This document shows positions 1 to 8,525 of a DNA stretch of 36,379 nucleotides, in pieces. This stretch comes from Gemmatimonadota bacterium (lineage in GTDB: Bacteria; Gemmatimonadota; Gemmatimonadetes; Gemmatimonadales; GWC2-71-9). The translations under genes were made by a program, and so were the position numbers. Position 1 is the first letter of the stretch; each line of letters starts with the position of its first letter. The notes below the pieces were generated by a model. The model ran no database searches, was not told where the DNA came from, and saw only the letters and a list, made by a program, of their open reading frames with translations. The DNA is taken from positions 1 through 36,379 of the forward strand of contig JBDHKN010000056.1 in assembly GCA_039586365.1 (NCBI GenBank), in the 5' to 3' direction.

Positions 1-1
1 G

Positions 2-202
2 ATCTATTCGGCGATGCAGGCTGGTAAGAAGCATGGTATGCAGACGCTGGCTGACTCGTTGTATACGCTGTACATGTCACGCGACGTAAGTCTGGAGGAA
101 TGCCTGAGAGTAGTACCGGATCAGAACGAGTTCCTGCGCGTCGTGGGAGAGCCCGCTCCGGGCGAGGAGAGGCTGGGTGCGGGGATGGCAGGTCGACGCT
201 AG
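2..202 (+). CDS. pilT: Type IV pilus retraction ATPase PilT, C-terminal end (5' truncated by window)
   Basis: Open frame from base 2 reads IYSAMQAGKKHGMQTLADSL, the PilT C-terminal GMQT motif; lies directly upstream of pilC. Confidence 0.85.
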   Translation: MYSAMQAGKKHGMQTLADSLYTLYMSRDVSLEECLRVVPDQNEFLRVVGEPAPGEERLGAGMAGRR

Positions 203-222
203 CACGCATATAGGAGAGCGGA

Positions 223-1416
223 ATGCCAGTTTTCGAATACACAGCGCGCACAGCAACTGGCGAAGAAACAACCAGTTCGATGGAGGCGGCCTCTCGGGAG
301 GAGGTTGTTCAGCAGTTGCGTAGAAACCGGATGGTGGTCGTCCGAGTCCGAGAGCAGCGTAGGCGTAGAAAGGGTGGACGTGTTAGCACCCGAGATGTAG
401 TTGTCTTCACCCGGCAATTCGCCACAATGGTCAACTCTGGATTGCCATTGGTGCAAGCACTCGACATCCTGGCCCAGCAAACCGAGAACAAGACGTTGGC
501 AGAAGTGACCAAGCAGGTGGTGTATGATGTGGAGAGCGGCCATACGCTAGCCGACGCACTGGACAAGCACAGGAACGCGTTCACCGCGCTCTATGTCAAC
601 ATGGTGGCCGCTGGTGAGGCCGGTGGTATTCTCGATACAATCATGCTGCGTCTCGCCACCTTTCTGGAGAAGAATGATGCTATCGTGCGCAAAGTGAAGG
701 GGGCGATGGTCTACCCAAGTGTGATCTTCGCTGTGGCCATCATCGCGGTTCTCGTGCTGCTGATTTTCGTCATCCCCACCTTCCAGCAGATGTTCGCTTC
801 GGTCAACCTGGATCTGCCGCTGCCAACACGAATAGTCATCGGGATCAGTGACCTACTGCAGGGATTCTGGTGGCTGATTGCTGGTGTTGCGGTTGCTGGT
901 GGATTGATCCTGCGCCGCTACTATGCCACCGAAGGCGGTAGGCTGGTCATCGACCGAACGCTGCTGAATTTCCCGGTTCTCGGTGACCTACTGCGGAAGT
1001 CATCAGTATCGCGCTTCACTCGCACACTGGGAACGCTGCTGGCATCGGGGGTGTCCATATTGGATGGGCTTGAGATCACCGCTCGAACAGCCGGCAACAG
1101 GGTCATTCATGACGCCGTCATGGAGTCTCGTGGATCGATCGCCGGGGGTGAGACTATAGCTGGACCGCTGGAGCGGTCCGGTGTGTTTCCGCCCATGGTG
1201 ACGTCGATGATCGCGGTTGGGGAAGCAACAGGTGGGTTGGACGACATGCTCGCGAAGATCGCCGATTTCTACGACGATGAAGTTGACGCAGCGGTGTCGA
1301 CGCTGCTGTCGCTCATGGAACCAATAATGATAGTGTTTCTGGGCGTAATCGTAGGCGGCATGATCGTAGCGATGTACCTCCCGATATTCGACATGATCAA
1401 CGCTGTGGGTGCCTGA
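223..1416 (+). CDS. pilC: Type IV pilus inner-membrane platform protein PilC (GspF family)
   Basis: FTRQFATMVNSGLPL, AGEAGGILD and VGEATGGLDDML repeats, ends MYLPIF; RBS AGGAG. Confidence 0.95.
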   Translation: MPVFEYTARTATGEETTSSMEAASREEVVQQLRRNRMVVVRVREQRRRRKGGRVSTRDVVVFTRQFATMVNSGLPLVQALDILAQQTENKTLAEVTKQVVYDVESGHTLADALDKHRNAFTALYVNMVAAGEAGGILDTIMLRLATFLEKNDAIVRKVKGAMVYPSVIFAVAIIAVLVLLIFVIPTFQQMFASVNLDLPLPTRIVIGISDLLQGFWWLIAGVAVAGGLILRRYYATEGGRLVIDRTLLNFPVLGDLLRKSSVSRFTRTLGTLLASGVSILDGLEITARTAGNRVIHDAVMESRGSIAGGETIAGPLERSGVFPPMVTSMIAVGEATGGLDDMLAKIADFYDDEVDAAVSTLLSLMEPIMIVFLGVIVGGMIVAMYLPIFDMINAVGA

Positions 1417-1446
1417 TAGCCAGGGATCCGGGTGGGATGGAGGTAG

Positions 1447-1475
1447 AGGGGCTTCACAGATACCGTGAGGCCCCT
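1447..1475 (+). terminator. GC-rich hairpin after pilC (possible terminator or stabiliser)
   Basis: AGGGGCTTCAC-7 nt loop-GTGAGGCCCCT, 11-bp stem with one G-U pair; no U tail. Confidence 0.35.
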
Positions 1476-1603
1476 TCGCATGTGGGGACGTTCGTGGGGA
1501 CGCTCCCGGAGGCTTTCCGCTTCAGATCCCGGATGCAATTTCCCTTGCCGCTCGGCGATCCTGCTATTGCATTCTGCAAATACACTCCAAATAGTAGGGT
1601 GCA

Positions 1604-3289
1604 ATGCGCTGGATAAGCACTGACAAGTCTGATAATCCCTTAGCGGTTGAGCAGCGCACCGCCGCGCCCTCCGCCCGTGACCTGCTACGCTGGGTCTACG
1701 TGGTGCGAGTGATCTTGGCAATTGTCGTGTTCCTAGCCGCCGCGTTCTATTTCCAGGCAGTCCCACCGGCGACCCTGGTCATCTTGGCGGTAGCAGCCAT
1801 TTGCAGTGTTCTCGTGAGTGGGTGGGCTGTATGGCACACCCACATCCGCGACAGCCGCCCCGGCCTGCTGTTTATCTACAGCCAGGCACTGTTCGACTTG
1901 GCCCTGGTCACGACTGTGGTCCATGTAACGGAAGGGCCTGACAGTCAATTCCTGGCACTCTATATCGTTGTCATCGCCGTCAGTGCGATGCTTATGCCGC
2001 TGGGTTCGAGCCTACTGGTTACTGCCCTCGCCAGCCTGCTGTACGTCTCTGACATCATTTGGTGGCAACAGGAGGCGCTCAACGCCGCAGTCTGGTTGCA
2101 GGTTGCTGTCTTTGTGGGTGTGTTCATCGCCACCGGATGGATCGCCAGCCGCGTCCAAGCTGTAGGGGCAGAACGAGAGGAATTGCAGCAGGAGGTGCAT
2201 CGTCTCAGACTGGAGGCAAGTGATATCCTGGGCAGCATTCACAGCGGGGTGGTTACGGTAGACGGCGCTGGCAGGCTGATATATGTGAATGCGGCTGCCA
2301 GAAGCTTGCTGGGTATCGATCCTGTGGACTCGCCCGAGCCATCGGCGGCCGACGTCCTGGGGAGACGTTCGCCCGAACTGTGGAACGTCATACTCGAAAC
2401 TCAACGACGTGGTGCCAAGAGCCTGCGGGCTGAGGGGACGGTGTCATGGGGAGAGCGGGAGTTCCCGATTGGGATGACCACGACCGCGCTCGACCTTGAT
2501 GGGGAAGGCCCGTGCACGGTGGCTGCAATATTCACTGACATTTCCAATCAGAAGCGTCTCGAAGAACTGCGACTCCGCACCGAGAGGCTGGAGGCAGTGG
2601 CGGAACTGTCGGCCTCACTGGCACACGAGATCAAGAATCCCCTAGCGTCGATCCGATCTTCGGTGGAACAGCTATCTGCGTTGCGTCGGGCCGATGATGA
2701 TGAGCGGTCCCTAGCGCGTTTGGTGCTACGTGAGAGCGATCGGCTGAGCGGCTTGCTGACCGAGTTTTTGGACTTCTCTAGAGTACGGGCTACGAATTGC
2801 AGGTTGCTGGACTTGGTGAGCGTGGTAGAGGGCGCGCTTGCAGTGGTGCGGGAGAATCCAGTGTGCTCGCAGGAGACCGTGTTCGACCTAGTGGGCTCCT
2901 CAGTGTCACTGGAAGGTGATGCAGATTTGCTGCATCGGGTAGTGGTCAATCTGGTGCTGAATGCAGTGCAAGCATCGGATGGCAGGGTCCGTGTCTCTAT
3001 TGAAGTGAGGGAGGCGCGAAGTGAGGAAATTCCCGGGGCATTCCCGTTGGGGGGGGCGGTCGTCCTCAGGGTGTCTGACAATGGCCCGGGGATTCCGGCG
3101 GACCTGCGCGATCGCGTGTTCGAGCCGTTCGTCACAGGGCGGATCGGGGGATCGGGGCTCGGCCTCGCCATCGTGCAACGCGCTGTTCAAGCTCATCGTG
3201 GTATGGTGTTCGTAGACACGGTGCCTGGTTCGCAGACAACACTAACCGTGTTCCTTCCGATCAAGGGAGCCTCGGAGGTGGTCGCTTGA
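1604..3289 (+). CDS. pilS: Membrane sensor histidine kinase PilS (about 6 TM, PAS, HisKA, HATPase)
   Basis: Hydrophobic N-terminus, H-box AHEIKNPL, N-box NLVLNA, DNGPGI, GSGLGL; lies between pilC and a sigma54 response regulator. Confidence 0.85.
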   Translation: MRWISTDKSDNPLAVEQRTAAPSARDLLRWVYVVRVILAIVVFLAAAFYFQAVPPATLVILAVAAICSVLVSGWAVWHTHIRDSRPGLLFIYSQALFDLALVTTVVHVTEGPDSQFLALYIVVIAVSAMLMPLGSSLLVTALASLLYVSDIIWWQQEALNAAVWLQVAVFVGVFIATGWIASRVQAVGAEREELQQEVHRLRLEASDILGSIHSGVVTVDGAGRLIYVNAAARSLLGIDPVDSPEPSAADVLGRRSPELWNVILETQRRGAKSLRAEGTVSWGEREFPIGMTTTALDLDGEGPCTVAAIFTDISNQKRLEELRLRTERLEAVAELSASLAHEIKNPLASIRSSVEQLSALRRADDDERSLARLVLRESDRLSGLLTEFLDFSRVRATNCRLLDLVSVVEGALAVVRENPVCSQETVFDLVGSSVSLEGDADLLHRVVVNLVLNAVQASDGRVRVSIEVREARSEEIPGAFPLGGAVVLRVSDNGPGIPADLRDRVFEPFVTGRIGGSGLGLAIVQRAVQAHRGMVFVDTVPGSQTTLTVFLPIKGASEVVA

Positions 3290-4659
3290 GTCAATATCGA
3301 TGCAGCATTCTCGTGATTGACGACGAAACCGGAATTCTGGAGACGCTATCGATTCTGCTCAAGAACTCTGGCTTCGACGTGCATACCGCACAAGGTGGCA
3401 AAGCAGGGCTTGCCATGATCGAATCCTCAGCGCCGGACATCGTGCTCTGTGACATCCGGATGCCGCAGGTGACCGGGATCGATATCCTGGAAGCGGCACG
3501 CGAGCATGATCCAGAGATGCCCGTCATTCTCATGACCGCTCAGGCTTCACTCCAGACCGCCATCCAGGCCGTCAATCAAGGAGCGTTCCATTACATCCAG
3601 AAGCCGTTCGGCAACGACGAGCTGGTGGCAATCCTACGACGGGCGGCTGAATACCGAGAGCTGCGGTCAGAGAACAAGCAACTGAAGCGTGAAATTCGGC
3701 GGCGCGAGCAGTCCACTTCGATCAAGCCCCTCGGCAAAGCCAGGAATTTCGTCGACTTGATGAAGCTTGCCGATCAGGTGGCCCCGACTGATTCGACGGT
3801 CCTGATCCTCGGGCACAGTGGAACCGGGAAAGAGGTGGTAGCCCGCTACATCCACGAGCTGTCCAACAGAAGTGATGGGCCGTTTTTCTCCATCAACTGT
3901 GGGGCGTTGCCAGAAAGCCTGCTGGAGTCGGAGTTGTTCGGGCATGTCAAAGGTTCGTTCACAGGTGCTGTGCGGGACAAACAAGGCATGTTCATGGCTG
4001 CGCGGGGAGGGACCTTCTTCTTGGACGAGATCGCGGAGACAAAGCCCTCGACGCAGGTGAAACTACTGCGGGTGCTGCAGGAACGGGAAGCGCTGCCGGT
4101 TGGCGGGACGGAGCCCGTTCCCGTTGATGTCCGCGTCATCGCTGCGACAAACCGGGATCTAGAGGAAGAGATGAAGCGCGGGGCTTTCAGGACTGATCTC
4201 TACTACCGACTCAACGTAATAACGTTACACCTGCCGTTGCTGAGAGATCGCAAGGAAGATATCCCGCTGCTCGCCCAAGCCTTCTTGGAGCGTGTAGCGA
4301 AGGACAGGGCACAACCCACGAGGCGGCTGACGGCTGAAGCCCTAGACTGTCTTCTCGCCTACGATTGGCCCGGCAACGTGCGGGAACTGGAAAACGCACT
4401 GGAACATGCGGCTGTGCTCAGCCGGGATGCCGACATAGAAGTGGGGATGCTCCCCGAACGCATCAGAGAGCCCAAAGCGGTGCCCATCGTCAGCCATCGA
4501 CCTCCGGAGAATCCGACATTGGAGGTCATTGAACAGGCCTACATCACGTGGGTTCTGCAGGCTGAGGGGGGCAACAAGACCAGGGCGGCGGAGATACTGG
4601 GCATCGATCCATCGACGCTCTATCGTAAGCTCGCCCGCTATGAAGCTGACTCCGAATAG
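3286..4659 (+). CDS. pilR: Sigma54-dependent response regulator PilR (REC-AAA+-HTH)
   Basis: REC (VIDDE, CDIRMP, QKPF), Walker A GHSGTGKE, GSFTGA loop, WPGNVREL, Fis-type HTH; 4-nt overlap with pilS; upstream of the pilin. Confidence 0.85.
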   Translation: MSQYRCSILVIDDETGILETLSILLKNSGFDVHTAQGGKAGLAMIESSAPDIVLCDIRMPQVTGIDILEAAREHDPEMPVILMTAQASLQTAIQAVNQGAFHYIQKPFGNDELVAILRRAAEYRELRSENKQLKREIRRREQSTSIKPLGKARNFVDLMKLADQVAPTDSTVLILGHSGTGKEVVARYIHELSNRSDGPFFSINCGALPESLLESELFGHVKGSFTGAVRDKQGMFMAARGGTFFLDEIAETKPSTQVKLLRVLQEREALPVGGTEPVPVDVRVIAATNRDLEEEMKRGAFRTDLYYRLNVITLHLPLLRDRKEDIPLLAQAFLERVAKDRAQPTRRLTAEALDCLLAYDWPGNVRELENALEHAAVLSRDADIEVGMLPERIREPKAVPIVSHRPPENPTLEVIEQAYITWVLQAEGGNKTRAAEILGIDPSTLYRKLARYEADSE

Positions 4660-4841
4660 GGGCTCTCCGACCAGGCGAGGCTACCCTAGGAGTTGCCAGA
4701 TCTTCGCGTTGGGGGAAGCCGTCAGGGTTGCTCAAGGGACCCATTGGAAGCCGGATCTCTGCTGGCGAATGGCAAGGGGCCTTGCAAATAGCCCGGTTGC
4801 GAGCTTGGACTGGCTTGCCCGCTCACTAGCAGCAAGAGTTG

Positions 4842-4866
4842 TAAGTGCTTTATTTTGAATAAGTTG
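4842..4866 (+). promoter_or_regulatory. IHF-like AT-rich site (TAAGT-N17-TTG motif, copy 1)
   Basis: TAAGTGCTTTATTTTGAATAAGTTG; first 13 nt match the IHF consensus YAANNNNTTGATW with 1 mismatch; 17 nt upstream of a sigma54 promoter. Confidence 0.5.
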
Positions 4867-4883
4867 AGCATGTAATTGGAGGT

Positions 4884-4899
4884 TGGCATGTCGGTTGCT
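4884..4899 (+). promoter_or_regulatory. Sigma54 (-24/-12) promoter of the pilin gene
   Basis: TGGCATG-TCGG-TTGCT matches TGGCACG-N4-TTGCW with correct GG-N10-GC spacing; between pilR and pilA. Confidence 0.8.
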
Positions 4900-4965
4900 T
4901 GTACCAAGGTCGGAACCCAGGCCCTCAACGGGCTCAAACGTCTCACTCCACGGAGGTTGCAGAGA

Positions 4966-5309
4966 ATGATCCGCAACAAGAAAGGTTTCACGCTGATCGA
5001 GCTCTTGATCGTGGTCGTCATCATTGGCATCCTGGCCGCCATCGCGATCCCGAAGTTCGCGGGAACCAAACATACTTCGTCGACATGAACACCTACGGCG
5101 ACTACGCTGCCTTGAACGGTGCTGGCCTGTTCCAGGAAACGTCAGGCACGGTCGCGCCCGTGGTAGGTGCTGTCACTGCGGCGGGATTCAATGCCACGCA
5201 GACACACCCTGGCGCTCCGGGTACCACCTGTGGCGTTTTCGTGGGTGCCGCTGGCGCACCCGCAGGGGCCCCGGCTGGCATGAACGAAGGCGAAGTAGCC
5301 TGCTGGTAA
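4966..5309 (+). pseudogene. pilA: Major type IVa pilin, frameshifted by an apparent internal deletion at about 5070
   Basis: MIRNKKG/FTLIELLIVVVIIGILAAIAIPKFAGTK then stop at 5088; pilin C-terminal half (YFVDMNTY...CGVFVG...EGEVACW) lies in another frame; about 20 codons present in the paralogue are missing; RBS GGAGG. Confidence 0.8.
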
Positions 5310-5414
5310 GGGCCCACAGGCCTAGCTCAACGACGGTGAGTTGAACTCCTGCGCCGGTCTGTGGAGCCTTTCGAGCCTCACGACCGGCGCAATCACCACG
5401 AGGAGTGGCATCCA

Positions 5415-5798
5415 ATGAACCGACGCGGCTTCACTCTGATCGAACTGCTGATAGTAGTGGTGATTATCGGCATTCTGGCAGCCATCGCGATACCCAAGTT
5501 CGCGAACACCAAGCAGAAGTCCTACATCGCCACCATGAAGTCGGATCTCAAGAACCTGTCCACCGCCCAAGAGGCATACTACTACGACAACGGCGTCTAC
5601 TATGCTGGTGCGGTGCCCAACGCGGCGTTCGACTACAATCCATCGGTGGGTGTTACGGTGAACGTGCTCAGTGGTGACATCTCTGGTTGGTCGGGTACGG
5701 CCCAGTATGCGGGCATTGTCAACGTCTGCGCCATCTTTGTCGGCAGCCATGCCGCACCTCCGCCAGCGATACTCGAAGGTAGTCCGGCCTGTAACTGA
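5415..5798 (+). CDS. pilA: Type IVa pilin, intact second copy (127 aa)
   Basis: MNRRG/FTLIE class III signal, hydrophobic helix, MKSDLKNL, C-terminal Cys pair; RBS GAGGAG. Confidence 0.9.
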   Translation: MNRRGFTLIELLIVVVIIGILAAIAIPKFANTKQKSYIATMKSDLKNLSTAQEAYYYDNGVYYAGAVPNAAFDYNPSVGVTVNVLSGDISGWSGTAQYAGIVNVCAIFVGSHAAPPPAILEGSPACN

Positions 5799-5824
5799 CA
5801 GAGTAGCCATTGGTTTGCGCAGGC

Positions 5825-5854
5825 ATGGACGGCTCTCAGCCGTCCGTTTTTGTT
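5825..5854 (+). terminator. Rho-independent terminator after the pilin genes
   Basis: GGACGGCT-CTC-AGCCGTCC stem-loop followed by GTTTTTGTT. Confidence 0.8.
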
Positions 5855-6047
5855 GCCCGTCACCAAGCACGGCATTTCACTGCACTTCCCGACTGTCTCA
5901 GCGGTTGTCTAGGATCGCCGCACTGCGCGATCTCGTTCCGCAATGCATGAAATGGGTTAGGACGACATAGGGGGGGAAAGCTATCATCTTCCCGGCTGCT
6001 GAGTTCGGTGGCCTAAACCCTGAAGCGTAACGTGGCCGGGAGGTGGT

Positions 6048-6395
6048 TTGAGAAGCTATTGCGAGGGGTTCACGGTGTTGGAGGTGTTGGTCGCGATCAT
6101 CGTCCTCATGCTGGGGGTCGTGGCCTGGATTACGACCGCCGCATCTGTGCCCGGGCTGGTTTCACAAGGCCGCTCGTCGAGCCAAGCGGCGGTGGTTGCT
6201 CTGCGAGAAATGGAACGACTGCACAAAGCTGCCTGCAGAAATGCAGGGCGGGGCGAACGGTCGGACGGAGGCCAAGCCGTCTTATGGGAGGTGACCCGGG
6301 TTGAGCCAACGACCTACCATCTGAAAGTACAGGTTGTCACGGAGGACCGCTGGGGTGAGCGAACCGACACGTTCACAACACTCACGGTCTGCTGA
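6048..6395 (+). CDS. Minor pilin, PilV-like
   Basis: G/FTVLEVLVA prepilin cleavage motif; TTG start after GGGAGG; first of three minor pilins. Confidence 0.75.
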   Translation: MRSYCEGFTVLEVLVAIIVLMLGVVAWITTAASVPGLVSQGRSSSQAAVVALREMERLHKAACRNAGRGERSDGGQAVLWEVTRVEPTTYHLKVQVVTEDRWGERTDTFTTLTVC

Positions 6396-7251
6396 CCGGC
6401 CCGCGCACCGGCGCGGATTCACCCTGTTGGAGCTGATTGTTTCGTTGGTGCTCGCGGGCATAATCGGTGCCGTCGCAGTCGGTACCACCGTCTCGTGTGC
6501 GCGGTTCTTCCGGCGACAGAGTGAGCGAGTTGAAGTGCAACGTAACCTCCGTGTCGCAGCTTCTCTCTTCGTGAGCGAATTGAGAGGGCTGAACGCCGCT
6601 GGAGGAGACCTGATCGAGACGGGACCGTCTTCCTTGGTCTACCGGGCGATGAGGAATACGTCATTTCTCTGTCGCGTTCCCGATGCGATCGGCGAAACGA
6701 TGACCGTAGAGCAGGAGACCTCATTCGGTCTGCGCAACATCGAGGCCGGGCGAGATTCGGTCCTCGTGATGCTGGAACATGACTTCAGAACGGAGGCTGA
6801 CAACGCGTGGGTGAGTGCGGGCGTGGTCTCTGTAGCCAGTGCTGTTTGCCCAGAGGCCTCCCCAGGCTTGAGAATCGGGGTTGGCGGGTTGACGGAAGTC
6901 TCTCTGGCGAGTGCTCTGGTTGGCGCCCCTGTGCGCGCATTCCAGGTCACCGATGTGCGGCTATACCGGGATGGAGGGGGGGTATTCTGGCTTGGCTTCA
7001 GAGAGTGGAAGCCAGGCAGCGGTTGGAGCACTGTGCAGCCTGCTGTAGGTCCTCTCACTGGAGAAGGCCTTCGTCTGGTGTACTACGACACTTCCGGGAA
7101 TGAAACGGCTAGGCCGGATGAGGTTGAAATGGTCGGTGTGACCATCGTTGCAGCAGGGTCGCGACCGCCGGGCCCCGGATGGCTGTGGGGTGGAGAGATA
7201 AGCGACTCGGTGAGAATCTTGGTTGCCCTCCGTAACAACTCGCGCTGGTGA
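6355..7251 (+). CDS. Minor pilin, PilW-like
   Basis: RRG/FTLLELIVSL motif, C-terminal VALRN; likely GTG start at 6355 with GGAGG upstream (ORF is open from 6334). Confidence 0.75.
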   Translation: MSEPTRSQHSRSADRPAHRRGFTLLELIVSLVLAGIIGAVAVGTTVSCARFFRRQSERVEVQRNLRVAASLFVSELRGLNAAGGDLIETGPSSLVYRAMRNTSFLCRVPDAIGETMTVEQETSFGLRNIEAGRDSVLVMLEHDFRTEADNAWVSAGVVSVASAVCPEASPGLRIGVGGLTEVSLASALVGAPVRAFQVTDVRLYRDGGGVFWLGFREWKPGSGWSTVQPAVGPLTGEGLRLVYYDTSGNETARPDEVEMVGVTIVAAGSRPPGPGWLWGGEISDSVRILVALRNNSRW

Positions 7252-8393
7252 CATCTTCGATGGGTCGAGCGTCAACTGTACTGCAAAACTCCGAGCAGGG
7301 GGCCGCCCTCGTCTTGGCGGTAATCTGCCTGTTGTGTGTCGGTGTCTTGGTTGGAACTGCTGCCCTGCTGGGCCTAGCCGAGCGGCGGGGCGGACAGAGT
7401 TTCGTAGGGATTCAGCAGGCCCATGGTGTTGCCGAAGCTGGTGCTTATAACGCTCTCCGTGCTTGGGATCCCGTCGAATACAGTCAGTGGGTGTCAGGGA
7501 GCAGCCGCAGGTTCACCGGAATCACGCCTGGTCAGGGCATTCCGTACTCGGGCGAGGTTAGGCGACTCAGCAGTCTCCTTTACCTCATCACGGCGGAAGG
7601 CACTGACACCAGGCACCTATCACGCCAGCGGATTGGTGTTGTGGCCCGACTCTACGCCTTGGAGGTAGAGCCGAAGGCTGCTGTTACCATGCGGGGACCG
7701 CTCTCAATCGGCAGCGATGCTGTTGTGGTCGGCAACGATCTCGACCCGATGGGCTGGGATTGCCCAGGAGAGGGAGGACTCGTTGCTGCACTCCGTCTCC
7801 CCCCAAAAGACTCAATACAGTCGCTTGAGATCCTGTGCCCGCCCGCGAGTTGTGTGGTAGGTGCCCCCCAGATCTACGCAGATAGTTCACTGACATTGGA
7901 TACACTCACTACACTTGACGGCTTGAGCCTGGATCAGTTGAGGGATCTCGCTTGGGTCGTTGTCCCGGGAGGACTGGTCCGACCGACACCTCGTGCATCG
8001 AATGCGACGTGCGTCACAGCGGCTTCGGACAACTGGGGCGACCCTTATGGTGCAGCTAGGCCCTGTGGTCGCTATCACCCACTGGTCTACGTCACGGGGG
8101 ATCTTGAGATCCGGGGTGGGACTGGGCAGGGCGTACTCATAGTGGATGGCGATCTGGCGGTGAGCGATGGATTCACGTTCGTCGGTCTGGTTGTGGTGCG
8201 AGGTGCGTTCCAGAGCTCAGGGGTGGGGAACCGCATCGACGGCGCGCTCATCGTTGCCAATACCGAGTTGACGCCGATTTCGATCGCAGGGGCGTCCGTG
8301 GTTCAGTACTCAAGCTGCGGGCTTCACACCGCGCTAATAGCGTCGGCACGGGCTGGCCTGCTGCGCGAGTGGGGCTGGTTTCAAGCCTATTGA
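7248..8393 (+). CDS. Minor pilin, PilX-like, with C-terminal beta-rich repeats
   Basis: EQG/AALVLAV start lacking Glu5 as in PilX, A..VAEAG motif, GVLIVDGDL beta repeats. Confidence 0.7.
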   Translation: MTSSMGRASTVLQNSEQGAALVLAVICLLCVGVLVGTAALLGLAERRGGQSFVGIQQAHGVAEAGAYNALRAWDPVEYSQWVSGSSRRFTGITPGQGIPYSGEVRRLSSLLYLITAEGTDTRHLSRQRIGVVARLYALEVEPKAAVTMRGPLSIGSDAVVVGNDLDPMGWDCPGEGGLVAALRLPPKDSIQSLEILCPPASCVVGAPQIYADSSLTLDTLTTLDGLSLDQLRDLAWVVVPGGLVRPTPRASNATCVTAASDNWGDPYGAARPCGRYHPLVYVTGDLEIRGGTGQGVLIVDGDLAVSDGFTFVGLVVVRGAFQSSGVGNRIDGALIVANTELTPISIAGASVVQYSSCGLHTALIASARAGLLREWGWFQAY

Positions 8394-8400
8394 AATGGCG

Positions 8401-8425
8401 TAAGTTAGTGCCTATCAGGAGGTTG
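8401..8425 (+). promoter_or_regulatory. TAAGT-N17-TTG motif, copy 2, upstream of the pilM promoter
   Basis: TAAGTTAGTGCCTATCAGGAGGTTG aligns with the copies at 4842, 26543 and 34251. Confidence 0.4.
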
Positions 8426-8453
8426 TTGCGGCTGGGTTAAAGTAGCTTGGAGC

Positions 8454-8482
8454 TTGACAAACTGAGCTGGGAATCATACTGT
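8454..8482 (+). promoter_or_regulatory. Putative sigma70 promoter of pilMNOPQ
   Basis: TTGACA-17 nt-TACTGT, 43 nt upstream of pilM. Confidence 0.55.
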
Positions 8483-8525
8483 AGGGTCCCGCAAACACAC
8501 TTATCTCGTTGACCTGTAGGCAGAT

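Noticed and set aside
3049..3056. G8 run in pilS as a phase-variation tract
   Set aside because: Short, and the gene is in frame.
5940..6045. c-di-GMP-I riboswitch suggested by GGCCTAAACC
   Set aside because: The GGCAAACC...GAAA...GACGCAAAGC core is absent.
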